NCBI GenBank assembly: GCA_046758965.1
Contig: JBHIBG010000001.1
Span: 44,381-108,380 of the forward strand
Length of the DNA: 64,000 nt
DNA from: Candidatus Methylomirabilia bacterium
GTDB lineage: Bacteria; Methylomirabilota; Methylomirabilia; Rokubacteriales; CSP1-6
Direction: 5' to 3'
Under the pieces are notes generated by a model. That model was given only the letters and a program-made list of their open reading frames with translations. It was not told the DNA's origin and did not search any database. This document shows, one piece after another, positions 48,958-58,938 of the stretch. The number at the start of each line of letters is the position of its first letter. Position 1 is the first letter of the stretch. The translations under genes and the position numbers were made by a program.

Positions 48958-49824
48958 TCATGAGGCGCTACCCAGAGCCCGTGCGACGGCGCGCGCCAGC
49001 GCCCGCCTCGCCAGCACGCCCGCGAGGTGTCTCCGGTAGGCCGCTGAGGCGAAGGCGTCCGACTCCGGTGAGATCGCCTCGCGGGCGATGGCCGCCGCAC
49101 GCCCCAGTCGCTCGGGCGTCGGCTCGTGCCCGCGGAGCAGATCCTCGGCCGCCAGAGCCCGGACCGGCGTCGGCCCCACGCCGGCTAGGGCAACTCGCGC
49201 CTCTTCCACCCGACCACGGCGATCGGAGCTCACGAGAGCTGTCACCGCAACCAGGGCGAAATCGCCCGGCCGCCGCGCGAACTCCTCGACGGCCTGGCCC
49301 ATGCCACGCGTCGCGGGCAGGTCCACCTCAGTGAGAAGCTCCTCTCCCCCGAGGGTGGTCGTGAGGTACCCCGCGAAGAACTCGTCCACGGGCACAGTGC
49401 GCCGGTCCCCGCGCCCCTCGAGCGTCAGGCGGGCCCCGAGGGCGAGCATCACCATCGGCAGCTCGGCTGCAGGATCCGCGTGCGCCAGGCTCCCGCCGAG
49501 GGTCCCCAGCGTGCGGACGCGAACGTTGCCGATCAGAGATGCGGCCTCGCTCAGCACGGGACAGGCCCGGGCGATCTCGCCGGACTCCTCGAGCGTCGCG
49601 TGGCGCGTCAGCGCTCCCAGGCGGAGCCGGCCATCCTCGACGCGGACTCCGCCGAGCGCCAACCTGTTGATGTCGACGATGACGCGAGGAGCGGCGAGCC
49701 GATAGCTGAGGAGCGGCACCAAGCTCTGCCCACCCGCGAGGATCCTCGCCTCCTCACGGTGCCGGGCCAGCAGGTCGATTGCTTCCTCGACGGAGCCCGG
49801 CGACACATACTCAAACGCCCGCAT
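48958..49824 (-). CDS. FAD-binding subunit (CoxM/CutM type)
   Basis: AGGQSLVP, VRTLGTLGGSLAHADPAAE, RRPGDFA; RBS GAGGAG. Confidence 0.92.
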   Translation of the reverse strand: MRAFEYVSPGSVEEAIDLLARHREEARILAGGQSLVPLLSYRLAAPRVIVDINRLALGGVRVEDGRLRLGALTRHATLEESGEIARACPVLSEAASLIGNVRVRTLGTLGGSLAHADPAAELPMVMLALGARLTLEGRGDRRTVPVDEFFAGYLTTTLGGEELLTEVDLPATRGMGQAVEEFARRPGDFALVAVTALVSSDRRGRVEEARVALAGVGPTPVRALAAEDLLRGHEPTPERLGRAAAIAREAISPESDAFASAAYRRHLAGVLARRALARAVARALGSAS

Positions 49825-49902
49825 CTCCTCCCCTACAGGTCCGGCGGGCTCGCGGGTCCGTCGCGGCGAACAGCCCCGGGGCGTAAGGCGTCCGCGCTTC
49901 GA

Positions 49903-49975
49903 GCGCGGGCTTTGCCCGCGCAAGCGAATGGGGGAGGCATCGGAGGGGGGGGGGGGGCCCCCCCCCCCCCCCCGA
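49903..49975. repeat. Intergenic double GC hairpin (REP-like) with G13/C16 homopolymer stem
   Basis: GCGCGGGC-TTT-GCCCGCGC at 49903-49921; TCGGA-G13-C16-GA at 49940-49975. Confidence 0.75.
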
Positions 49976-49979
49976 CCGT

Positions 49980-50759
49980 TCAAACATCCCACCCCCCATC
50001 CACAGTGATCGTCTGGCCAGTCATATTCCGCGACTCTTCGGAGCAGAGGAAGAGCACCGCACTGGTCACGTCCTCGGCGGTGGTCACCCGGCGGAGCGCC
50101 ATCTCGTTGACATACTCCTGGCGGACCTGCTCGGGGGTCCACCCGCGCTTGCGCGCCTTCTCCCGGCAGAGCCTATCCATCCTGTCACCGCTCACAATCC
50201 CCGGGGCGACGCAGTTGACGTTGACGTTGTAGGGGCCCGCTTCCAGGGCGACGGTGCGGGTGAATCCACGGACCGCCCACTTCGATGAGGAGTAGGGGGC
50301 GCGGAGCTTGTAGCCGCGGAGGCTGGAGGTGCCCGCGATGTTGACGATCTTGCCGCGCCGGCGGGCGAGCATGGCGGGAAGCACGTGCTTGACGCAGAGG
50401 AAGGTCCCCCTGAGGTTCACGGCCAGAACCTCGTCCCACTCCTCGACCTTCACCTCCTGGACCGGAGTCTCGATGGGACCGGTGATCCCGGCCATGTTGA
50501 CCAGGAGATCGATCTGTCCGAAGGCCTCGATCGTCCGCTCGACCATCTGCCGGACCGACGCCTCCTCACGGACGTCGGTGGGAACGACAAGGGCCCGACG
50601 CCCGAGCGCCTCCACCTCACGCGAGAGCTTCTCGAGAGGCGGGATCTCTCTGGCCGCGACGGTCAGATGCGCCCCTTCGGCCGCGAGCCGGAGCGAGACG
50701 GCCCGCCCCATCCCCTTGGCCGGCCCCGTCACGATCGCCACCTGATTCAGGAGCTTCAT
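49980..50759 (-). CDS. Short-chain dehydrogenase/reductase
   Basis: TGPAKGMG, NMAG, YSSSK, TGQTITVDGG; ATG overlaps the upstream TGA. Confidence 0.92.
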   Translation of the reverse strand: MKLLNQVAIVTGPAKGMGRAVSLRLAAEGAHLTVAAREIPPLEKLSREVEALGRRALVVPTDVREEASVRQMVERTIEAFGQIDLLVNMAGITGPIETPVQEVKVEEWDEVLAVNLRGTFLCVKHVLPAMLARRRGKIVNIAGTSSLRGYKLRAPYSSSKWAVRGFTRTVALEAGPYNVNVNCVAPGIVSGDRMDRLCREKARKRGWTPEQVRQEYVNEMALRRVTTAEDVTSAVLFLCSEESRNMTGQTITVDGGWDV

Positions 50760-52390
50760 CGATACCCTTCCTCGCGGTCCCGCTCGATGAGATCGGCGGC
50801 ACGAGCCGCCCGAGCGCCATAGCCGCCCCCTCCCGAAGTTTCGATGGTCACGAGGTCTCCGGGCCGGAGCGAGAGCGTCTCTTTCCCTTTCACCTCTCGG
50901 ACCTCGCCGTCCCGCTCGAGCGTGATCCGGTACGGCGAGCCGTCTGCCCCCTCGAAGGCTCCCCATGGGGCGACGACGCGACGCTCGAGCATCGTCGTCA
51001 GCGTTGCCTCTCCCAAAACCCGGTAGGCGCGCACCTGCCCGAGGCCTCCGCAGTGCGCGCCGGCCCCGCCGCTCCCGGTCCTGAGCTCGTGACGGAGAAC
51101 CTCGATCGGATACTCGCCCTCGATGACCTCGGTCGGGGTGTTCATGACGTTGGAGAGGTGCACGCGCACCGCATGGGCGCCATCGCGGTGATGAGCCGCC
51201 CCTTCCCCCCCTCCATGGACCTCGTAGAGGATGTACCACCGACCATCCCGTTTCCCCCCGAAAAGGAGCAGGCCCGAGGTCGTCGGCCCTCCCGCCGTGA
51301 TCCGGTCGGGGATGCCGGGAGCCAGGGCTTTGAAAACCGCATCCACGACCCGCTGAGAGGTCTCGTGGTTTCCTCCCACCACCGGGGCGTCCGGCGAAGG
51401 GTTGAGGACCGTCCCGGGCGGCACCGCGACACGGATCGGTCGGTAGCAGCCGTCATTGGCGGGGATCTCCGGCCCCACCAGCGCCTTGAGACTGTAGTAG
51501 ACGGCCGAGCAGGCCACATAGGGGGTGGTGTTCACCGGCCCCTTCACCTGAGCTCCTGTTCGTGCGAAGTCAAAGCTCGCGCTATCGCCGCTGATCGTCA
51601 CCCGGACCCGCACAGGAATCGGCCGATCCTCGATCCCGTCGTCATCCACCCAGTCCTCGCCCTCGTAAGTCCCAGGGGGGATCGTCCGGATCGCTCCGCG
51701 CATCAGCGATTCGGATTCGGCCTGGAAGCGATCGAAGCAAGCGAGTACGGTCTCGACGCCGTAGCGCTCGAACAGCTCGCCGAGGCGGCGTGCGGCGACC
51801 TCGTTGGCCGCGTATTGGGCGAAGAGATCTCCCTCCCGCTCGTCCCGCCCGCGGAGGTTGCCCAGGATGAACTCCAGCGCCGAGCGCTCCGGACCCTTTC
51901 GGGTGAAGACGCGGATGGGGGGGATGCGGAGCCCTTCCTGGTAGGCCTCAGTTGCCCACGGAACGTAGCTGCCGGGCACAGCGCCGCCGATGTCGGCCCA
52001 GTGCGCGAGGCTGATGGCGAACGCGACCACACGTCCCCCGAAAAAGACGGGGCGGATCGCCTTCACGTCCGGCAGATGATTGCCGCCGACCTCGGGGAGG
52101 TTCAAGTAGTACTGGTCGCCCTCCCGCAGCTGGCGGCGCGGGATCCGCTTGAGGAACTCTGTTACGGTGAAGGCCATGACGCCGAGGTGGATGGGGATGT
52201 CTTTCCCCTGGGCGATCAGCCGCCCGCGGGCGTCGGTGAGGGCGCTCGACAGGTCGCCGGCTTCTTTGAGAAGTGGGGAGCGCGCGGAGCGCATGACGAT
52301 GACGCTCATCTCCTCGGCGATGGCGAAGACGGCGTTGCGCACCACCTCCGCTGTGATGGGGTTCACGGTGCTCCGCTTCGACGGCTTCAC
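50756..52390 (-). CDS. Hydantoinase B/oxoprolinase family (hydrolysing subunit)
   Basis: SPLLKEAGDLS, IPIHLG, HLPD, HWADIGG, YQEGLRIPP, ETSGGGGYG. Confidence 0.94.
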   Translation of the reverse strand: MKPSKRSTVNPITAEVVRNAVFAIAEEMSVIVMRSARSPLLKEAGDLSSALTDARGRLIAQGKDIPIHLGVMAFTVTEFLKRIPRRQLREGDQYYLNLPEVGGNHLPDVKAIRPVFFGGRVVAFAISLAHWADIGGAVPGSYVPWATEAYQEGLRIPPIRVFTRKGPERSALEFILGNLRGRDEREGDLFAQYAANEVAARRLGELFERYGVETVLACFDRFQAESESLMRGAIRTIPPGTYEGEDWVDDDGIEDRPIPVRVRVTISGDSASFDFARTGAQVKGPVNTTPYVACSAVYYSLKALVGPEIPANDGCYRPIRVAVPPGTVLNPSPDAPVVGGNHETSQRVVDAVFKALAPGIPDRITAGGPTTSGLLLFGGKRDGRWYILYEVHGGGEGAAHHRDGAHAVRVHLSNVMNTPTEVIEGEYPIEVLRHELRTGSGGAGAHCGGLGQVRAYRVLGEATLTTMLERRVVAPWGAFEGADGSPYRITLERDGEVREVKGKETLSLRPGDLVTIETSGGGGYGARAARAADLIERDREEGYR

Positions 52391-54384
52391 GGGCGCACCT
52401 CCAGGTGCAGGTTGCCGAAGCGGTCGAGCTGGCCTCGCTGACCGGGGTAGATCAGGGTCGTGGCCCAGGGGTCCTCGATGAGGGCGGGACCCTTCAGCGG
52501 CTGATCAGGCGCCAGGTCGTCCCGCCGGTAGACCGGCAGCGGCGTCTCCCCGGTCTCGTGAAAGTACGCCTTGTGCTCCGAAAACGCCTGCCCGTGGCCC
52601 CCGGCCGACCACTCCGGCAGACGGACCTCATCCGCCCTCGCCAGCGCCCGCACGCGGAGGTTCACGCACTCGATGGCCTCGCCCGTGGCGTAGGCGTAGA
52701 GCTGCTGGTGAAGGCCCTGGAAATCCCGGCGGAGCGTGGCGACCTCGCCGCGCCAGGGGACCGTCAGCTCGTAGTTCTGGCCGACATACCGGAGATCCAC
52801 GCTTCTCAGGAGCGCGATCCCGTCCGCCGCGTACCCCTCCGCCCGGAGCGGCTGTGCGACCTGAGCTTCGAGCCTCAGAAAGCGCCGGCCCAACTCCTCG
52901 GCGGTGAGCACCCCCAGCGAGGCCCGGTAGGTCTGAACCTGATCATAGGCGATGTCGGTCACCACGCAGCCGAGGGCAGAGAACACACCGGCGTGAGCGG
53001 GAACCACCACCCGTGGCATGCCGAGTTCTTGGGCGAGCCGCCCGGCGTGCAGGGGTCCTGCCCCGCCGTAGGCGACGAGCGCGAAGTCGCGAAGGTCGAA
53101 GCCCCGCTGGACCGAGATGAGCCGGATCGCCCGAAGCATCGCCGAGTTGGCCACCTCCAGCGCACCGCCCGCTGCCTCGGCCGGGGAGAGTCCCAGGCGC
53201 GAGGCGACCGGTGCCAGCGCCATCTGTGCTCGCTCGCGATCCACGCGGATCGTCCCTCCGAGCACGGCATCCGGCCGGAGTGTGCCCGCGACCACATGGG
53301 CATCCGTCACCGTGGCTCCCTCCCCTCCCAGTCCGTAGCAGGCTGGGCCGGGGCGGGCTCCAGCGCTCTGCGGCCCCACCCGGAGACCGCCCGCCGGGTC
53401 GAGCCAAATGAGGGAACCCCCTCCAGCGCCGATGGATTCCACCGCGAGCGAGGGAAGGCGGATCGGGTGCCCCCCGAGCCTTCGCTGAGGAAGGGTCTGG
53501 GCCACCCCCGCTGCGATGAGGCAGACGTCCGTGGTCGTCCCTCCCATGTCGAAAGCGATCGCGTTCCGAAGCCCCAGACGCTCGGTCAGATACGCGGAGG
53601 CCGCCACACCCCCTGCCGGGCCGGAGACTGCCATCGCCAGCGGACGCCGGCGAGCCGCGGCAGCGGACATCATCCCGCCGTTGGACTGCAACAGGCGCAG
53701 CGGCCCGCGGAAGCCCTCGCGCTCCAGGGACGCTTCGAGCTCAGCCAGGTACCGGTCACCCAGCGGCATCACCTTCGCATTCAGAGCTGTCGTCGCCGAG
53801 CGCTCGTACTCGCGGAACTCCGCGTTGATCTCGTGGGAAGCCGAGACATACGGGAAGCTCCGGGCCAGCGCCGCCGCGAGGCGGGCCTCATGCTCCGGGG
53901 CCGCGTAGCTATGAAGGAGGCAGACCGCAACCGCTTCCACCCCGAAAGCCTGGAGCGCCGCGACGAGGGCCGGTACCTCGTCCTCCGCCAGAGGAACGAG
54001 CACCCGCCCGTCGTGAGCCACCCGCTCGGTCACCTCGAACCGCAGTCGCCGTGGGATGAGCGGTGGAGGCTTAGGGGGGAAGTCCATGCGGTAGAGGTCC
54101 GCTCGATTCTGGCGGCCGATCTCGAGGATGTCACGGAAGTGCCGGGTAGTGATGAGAGCGGGCATGGCGCCCCGTCCCTCGATGATCGCGTTGGTCACGA
54201 TAGTCGTGCCGTGGGCGATGGCGTCCGCCGCGGAGCCGATCGCCCGCAACCCCTCGAGCACCCCTCGCGCCGGGGCCTCGGGAGTGGTGAGAACCTTCAC
54301 TGAAGAGAGCTCTCCGCCTTCCTCGCGACACGCGACAAGGTCGGTGAAGGTGCCGCCGACGTCCACTCCGATGCGGCGACTCAT
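52387..54384 (-). CDS. Hydantoinase A/oxoprolinase family (ATP-binding subunit)
   Basis: GVDVGGTFTD, HGTTIVTNA, SGPAGG, DMGGTTTD, GPQSAGARPGPACYG, YGGAGPLH. Confidence 0.95.
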   Translation of the reverse strand: MSRRIGVDVGGTFTDLVACREEGGELSSVKVLTTPEAPARGVLEGLRAIGSAADAIAHGTTIVTNAIIEGRGAMPALITTRHFRDILEIGRQNRADLYRMDFPPKPPPLIPRRLRFEVTERVAHDGRVLVPLAEDEVPALVAALQAFGVEAVAVCLLHSYAAPEHEARLAAALARSFPYVSASHEINAEFREYERSATTALNAKVMPLGDRYLAELEASLEREGFRGPLRLLQSNGGMMSAAAARRRPLAMAVSGPAGGVAASAYLTERLGLRNAIAFDMGGTTTDVCLIAAGVAQTLPQRRLGGHPIRLPSLAVESIGAGGGSLIWLDPAGGLRVGPQSAGARPGPACYGLGGEGATVTDAHVVAGTLRPDAVLGGTIRVDRERAQMALAPVASRLGLSPAEAAGGALEVANSAMLRAIRLISVQRGFDLRDFALVAYGGAGPLHAGRLAQELGMPRVVVPAHAGVFSALGCVVTDIAYDQVQTYRASLGVLTAEELGRRFLRLEAQVAQPLRAEGYAADGIALLRSVDLRYVGQNYELTVPWRGEVATLRRDFQGLHQQLYAYATGEAIECVNLRVRALARADEVRLPEWSAGGHGQAFSEHKAYFHETGETPLPVYRRDDLAPDQPLKGPALIEDPWATTLIYPGQRGQLDRFGNLHLEVRP

Positions 54385-54393
54385 GGCGCGCCT

Positions 54394-54422
54394 AGACTAT
54401 AGAGAAAAGGCGAGCCTGTCAA
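54394..54422 (-). promoter_or_regulatory. Putative sigma70 promoter of the hydantoinase/SDR/XDH operon
   Basis: Minus strand TTGACA-17-TAGTCT, only 9 nt before the ATG. Confidence 0.65.
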
Positions 54423-54479
54423 AGCGCGTGGAGGCGGCGTGCGCTCGCCCCGGTCAGCTCCCCGCGCGGTCCGTGAGCG

Positions 54480-55225
54480 TCAAGAGAGGCGGGGGCGGAC
54501 CCGACCCTGCCGCGGCGAGCCTCTTCCTCCCGGCCTCCGCCCTGTTCGCCTTCTTCCTTGCCCCTCTCGTTCTGATGCTCCTCTACAGCGTCTTCTCCTT
54601 GAACGAGGCTGATCAAATCGTCGCCGACCTCACCTTCGGGAACTACTGGGACGTTCTCTCGAAACCCCTCTACTACCGGGCGCTGCTGAACACCTTCTGG
54701 ATCGCCGTGAAGGTGGCCCTCCTCTCCCTTCCCCTGGCCTACCCCCTCGCGTACTTCGTGGCGACCGCACCGAAGCGCTACCGGAACCTCCTCTTGGCCC
54801 TGGTCATCATCCCGTTCTGGGCGAGCTACCTCGTGCGGACCTTTGCCTGATGACTATCTTCATGAACCAGGGGGTCCTGGAGAGCCTCACGGCCTTGCTT
54901 TCCCCGCTCATCGAGCCCGTGAAGCTCCTCTAGTCATCTCATGCCGTCACCATCGGCTTCATCCATGTCTTTCTCCCCTTCATGATCCTACCGATGTATG
55001 TCTCCATCGCCAACCTGGACCCTGACCAGCTGGAGGCCGCCTCGGACCTCGGAGCAGGCCGCCTCAGGACGTTCCTGCGGGTCACGCTCACTCTGACCTT
55101 GCCGGGCATCGTGGCGGGATCCATCCTTGTGTGTATCCCTACCGTCGGCTCGCCTGTAACTCCGAAACCGCTCGGGGGGGTCAGCGACATCATGATCGGC
55201 AACATCATCGAGCGGGAGTTTGGAC
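54480..55225 (+). pseudogene. PotB-like ABC permease pseudogene
   Basis: LAYPLAY, IIPFWASYLVRTFA, then TGA with a 1-nt deletion and a later TAG; EAA loop LEAASDLGA; truncated. Confidence 0.88.
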
Positions 55226-55831
55226 GAGCCCCTGGGCCCTCTCGACCTCAAGCTTCGGAAAGAGATGCAGGTGGAGCTGAAGAAGCTCCAGCACGACGTC
55301 GGGATCACCTTTCTCTGCGTCACCCACGACCAGGAGGAAGCCCTGGCGATGAGCGACCGCGTGGCGGTGATCGACCATGGGCGGATCGAGCAGGTAGGGA
55401 CGCCCCAGGAGATCTACGAGCGGCCCGCCACGCCTTTCGTCGCCAGCTTCATCGGGGAGACGAACCTGATCGAGGGCGTGGTGGAGAGCAGCGACGAGAT
55501 CCCCGCCCGAATCAGCAACGGGAAGATCGGCTTCCTCATCCGCCTGCCTCGCCCTATCCCGGCAGGCAGCCGCATCACCGTCTCCCTCCGGCCGGAGAAG
55601 GTCGCAGTCCGCCCCGACCCCCGAAAGGTCTCGAACATCTTTCAAGCCACCGTCCGGGGAGAGGTCTACCTGGGCTCCCTCCTCCGCTTCGAGGTGGAGT
55701 TGGAGGGAGGGCAGGTCCTCTGGGTCGCCCGGCAGCTCCAGTTCGAGGAGGACTACCTGAGACCGGGCGAGAATGTCACGGTGGGTTGGGGCCCGGAGAG
55801 CCGCACCCTCGTGGAGGGTGTCCCCCCCTGA
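55220..55831 (+). pseudogene. 3' half of PotA-like ABC ATPase
   Basis: Begins at [12 protein letters not shown], has [13 protein letters not shown] and TOBE domain; Walker A and signature absent. Confidence 0.88.
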
Positions 55832-56028
55832 CCATGACCCGGCGCTCGAACCGAGCACCGTGCTGGGCCCCTGCTTGACGGATCACCCGCGCATCCACCC
55901 GCATCAGTCCCCGCCTTCCACCTCCGACAGTGACACCGTTAGCTCGTGAGACCCCAGCGGCACCCGTTCCCGTCAACCCCACTGTCCGGGCCGCCTCGGG
56001 AGCGCTCGCCGGGCGTGCAGGGTCCGCT

Positions 56029-56394
56029 TCAGGGGCGGTCACGCCTGAGGAGCGCTCGAAGCTCCAGGAGCTGTCGCCGTACCCGCTTCAGGACCTCGCC
56101 GTGTACCGCCTCTTTCACGCCCGGCTCGAGGTCGTGACCGTGTTTCCGGGATTCGGCAATGAGCCGCTTCTTGGCGCCTTCCAGGGTGAGCCGTTCCTCG
56201 TAGAGGAGGGACTTGATGCGGGTCACCAGATCCAGATCGCGTTTCGTGTAAAGCCGCTGCCCTGCGGGGTTCTTCTTGGGCCGGAGGAGTTTGAACTCGG
56301 ATTCCCAGTAGCGAAGGACGTACGCAGGAGTCTCCGTGAGCGCCTCGGCCTCGCCGATCCGGTAGTAGAGCTTCTCCGGGAACTCCTGGGCCAT
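56029..56394 (-). CDS. MerR-family transcriptional regulator (ihfA-linked type)
   Basis: KLYYRIGE, VLRYWESEF, QRLY, LTLEGAKK. Confidence 0.92.
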   Translation of the reverse strand: MAQEFPEKLYYRIGEAEALTETPAYVLRYWESEFKLLRPKKNPAGQRLYTKRDLDLVTRIKSLLYEERLTLEGAKKRLIAESRKHGHDLEPGVKEAVHGEVLKRVRRQLLELRALLRRDRP

Positions 56395-56409
56395 GACCCC
56401 AGGGCGAGA

Positions 56410-56691
56410 CTACTGGTTGAGCCGGAGCTTGAGGCCCTTGCTCGGCTTGAACGTGAGCACCTTTCTGGCAGTGATCTCGATGCTCTCCCCGGTCTGGGGA
56501 TTCCGGCCGCGGCGGGGAGCCTTCTTCCTGATGCGGAAGTGTCCGAAGCCGACGATCTTCACGTCGTCGCCCTGGTCGAAGGACCGGAAGATGGTGTCGA
56601 AGACCGACTCCACCACCGCCGCGGACTGCCGCTTCGAGAGGCCGTGTGCCGCCACTGCGTTGATGAGATCGTTCTTCGTCACGGCACTCAC
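56410..56691 (-). CDS. ihfA: Integration host factor alpha subunit
   Basis: TKNDL, VKIVGFGHF, GRNPQTGE, TFKPS; followed by merR as in the common ihfA-merR pair. Confidence 0.85.
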   Translation of the reverse strand: MSAVTKNDLINAVAAHGLSKRQSAAVVESVFDTIFRSFDQGDDVKIVGFGHFRIRKKAPRRGRNPQTGESIEITARKVLTFKPSKGLKLRLNQ

Positions 56692-57023
56692 CTCCCCCCC
56701 GTTCGCACGGCTTCATCAACCCAGGCCAGGTAGCTCGGCGAGCCTGCCTCCACCGGGAGAGCCAGGACTTCAGGGACCGAGTAGGTATGCAGTTCGAACA
56801 CCCGGCGCTGGAGCGCTTCATAGCGCTCCCGGCTCGTCTTGATCACGAGGAGCGCTTCGGATTCCTCCTGGAGCTGCCCTTCCCAGAAGAAGACCGACCG
56901 GAGCCCGGGCACCACGTTCACGCAGGCAGCCAGGTGCTCGGCCACCACCGCTCGGGCGATCCGTTGCCCCTCTTCGACTGAAGGGGTCGTCACGAGGACA
57001 ACCAGCGCGCCACGGGGGATCAC
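56688..57023 (-). CDS. cutA: Divalent-cation tolerance protein CutA
   Basis: LAACVNV, FFWEG, E..LVIKT, HTYSVPEV. Confidence 0.94.
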   Translation of the reverse strand: MIPRGALVVLVTTPSVEEGQRIARAVVAEHLAACVNVVPGLRSVFFWEGQLQEESEALLVIKTSRERYEALQRRVFELHTYSVPEVLALPVEAGSPSYLAWVDEAVRTGGR

Positions 57024-57898
57024 TCTCCCGCTTCCTTCATGACGAAGCCGGCAAACCCCTTCTTGGCAAGCTCGGCCAGAGCCGCCTCGGCTCGTTTCCG
57101 GCTCGGGTACGCTCCCGCGCGTACGACGTGGAGCGTGACACTCCCCCTGCTCCGGCGGATCCTCACGGTGAACCCTTCGCCGGACAGCTCTCTCGCGATG
57201 GCGACCGCCTCCTTCAGCGAGGGGAGCGACCGAATCACCACTCCGTCCGAGCCTGCCTCAGTCTGGTACGGCCTTCCAAGCAGCTTCCCATCCACGTCGC
57301 GTTTGGACGCGCCTACGACCACCACCTCGTGGCCCCGCTCCAGAGGCCGGGAGCGGGTGGCTCGACCGACGGGGAACCGTGCCGCTGAGAGTTTGGCCGC
57401 GAGTTGCTCGGCGTAGGCTGGGTTCTTGAACGCCCCCACCTGGACCCAGTACGTCCCTTTCTCGAGGGTGGCCCTCGCCTCCCTCGGAGCGCGGGGCTCC
57501 CGGACCTGGGGCTTCGGCAGGGGTGGCGCCTTCGGCCTGGCTTGAGGAGCTTTGGCAGTCACCGGCGGCGGAGGGGGGGCCCGCTCGGGTTTGGGCGCGG
57601 GAGCGGCCGGAGTGGGTCTCGGCTCCTCAGCTCGCCTCCGGCTGGGCAATCCCGCGGGAGGCGCCGTCGGCTTCGGCAGCGCCGGGCCCTGTGAAAGCGC
57701 CGGAGGAACAGGCGGCGGTGCGGCCGGCGGCTTTACTGTTGGGGCGGGAGCTGTCATGAGCGGGGGAGGCGGAGGCGGGGCGGGGAACCACCAGTCCAAC
57801 AGATAGGGGAGCGCCAAGACCGCTACCACGAGGAAGGCGATCCCGCCTAGGAGCAGACGAAACCACGACTCCTGAAAGATGCTCCGGGCTGGGCTCAT
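57020..57898 (-). CDS. Membrane-anchored SPOR domain protein
   Basis: TM helix, Pro-rich linker, YWVQVGAFKN...HVVRAGAY...KGFAGFV. Confidence 0.88.
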   Translation of the reverse strand: MSPARSIFQESWFRLLLGGIAFLVVAVLALPYLLDWWFPAPPPPPPLMTAPAPTVKPPAAPPPVPPALSQGPALPKPTAPPAGLPSRRRAEEPRPTPAAPAPKPERAPPPPPVTAKAPQARPKAPPLPKPQVREPRAPREARATLEKGTYWVQVGAFKNPAYAEQLAAKLSAARFPVGRATRSRPLERGHEVVVVGASKRDVDGKLLGRPYQTEAGSDGVVIRSLPSLKEAVAIARELSGEGFTVRIRRSRGSVTLHVVRAGAYPSRKRAEAALAELAKKGFAGFVMKEAGE

Positions 57899-57984
57899 AA
57901 TTCCGCCTTATCTTAGCACAGTCGAAAAGCAACAAAAAAACCGCCTTGGCGCTGGCCCCGTCCGGCGTGGAGGGCGCCGGCCCG

Positions 57985-58938
57985 TCACTGTCCGGAGGCT
58001 TCTCGTAGGGCTGCCCTGGACTGTCGAGCCCGAAGAAAAACCAGGTCATCGACATAGGCCTCGGCCTGGCTTCGGGTGTCGTCAGAGTCGATCATCACAG
58101 CCACCATCCCGATCCGGGGGGGCTCGCCGCCGAAGAGCTCCACGTAGTCCTGATAGACGTTCCGCTCTTCCCTGACCCAACGGCCCAACTCGGCCGCCCC
58201 GCTGCGGAGTACCACGAGCTTCACGTTGGAGGCCTTGGGGCTGGTGAGCTTCAACCCCACGGGCGCTACGCTGTCCCAGACATAGCCCATCACGGAGCTT
58301 TCGGTCCGGGGGGACGGCCACCGGACAAAGACCAGGTATATCTGAGCGGCCTGGTCGTCGCGGCTGAGCTCCCTGACGTCGCCGCCCGTTGGAAGCCGGG
58401 TGACTTTCCACCACCAGGTGAGGATCGGGAACTGCTTGAGATTCACAATCACGTCTTGATAGAGGGCGAAGGAGGTCTGAACGCTGCCGAGACGGAACGC
58501 GACACGGGACTCTTCCTGCACCACCTGAACCCGGGCTGGCCCTACGAACTCCTTGAGATTCCAGGCCGGAGGAATCTCCCGGCTCGGCAGCCTGGTCCAC
58601 GGGGTGGCCAACACCTTCACCGCTAACTCCCGTCCCACCCTTCCGTCTGGACCTCGCGCGGTCTGACCGGGGACTCCGCCCACGGCCGCGGACTCCACCG
58701 CCGCCGTTGGAGCCTGCGGCGAAAGCCCCTGGTCGCGACTGGGAGGGGGCGGGGCTGACCTGCCAAGGCGGCCCGCGGAGTGGGGATCGGGAGGCGAGAG
58801 GAACCGGCCGTAAAACTGGCGGTGTCTCGGGCTGGCGAGCATGACGGCTATCACCGCCAGAACTACCAGGATCGCAAAGACAGCGAGCCCGCCGGTCCCC
58901 GAACGCCGCCTGGACACCGCTCTCCTACCGTCTCTCAC
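57985..58938 (-). CDS. DUF3047 domain protein
   Basis: LTWWWKV, DDQAAQIYLVF, YVWDS, W..EERNVYQDY, VMIDSDDT. Confidence 0.85.
   Translation of the reverse strand: MRDGRRAVSRRRSGTGGLAVFAILVVLAVIAVMLASPRHRQFYGRFLSPPDPHSAGRLGRSAPPPPSRDQGLSPQAPTAAVESAAVGGVPGQTARGPDGRVGRELAVKVLATPWTRLPSREIPPAWNLKEFVGPARVQVVQEESRVAFRLGSVQTSFALYQDVIVNLKQFPILTWWWKVTRLPTGGDVRELSRDDQAAQIYLVFVRWPSPRTESSVMGYVWDSVAPVGLKLTSPKASNVKLVVLRSGAAELGRWVREERNVYQDYVELFGGEPPRIGMVAVMIDSDDTRSQAEAYVDDLVFLRARQSRAALREASGQ

Noticed and set aside
55832-56028. Second att site or tRNA 5' fragment downstream of merR
   Set aside because: No similarity to tRNA-Pro found on either strand.
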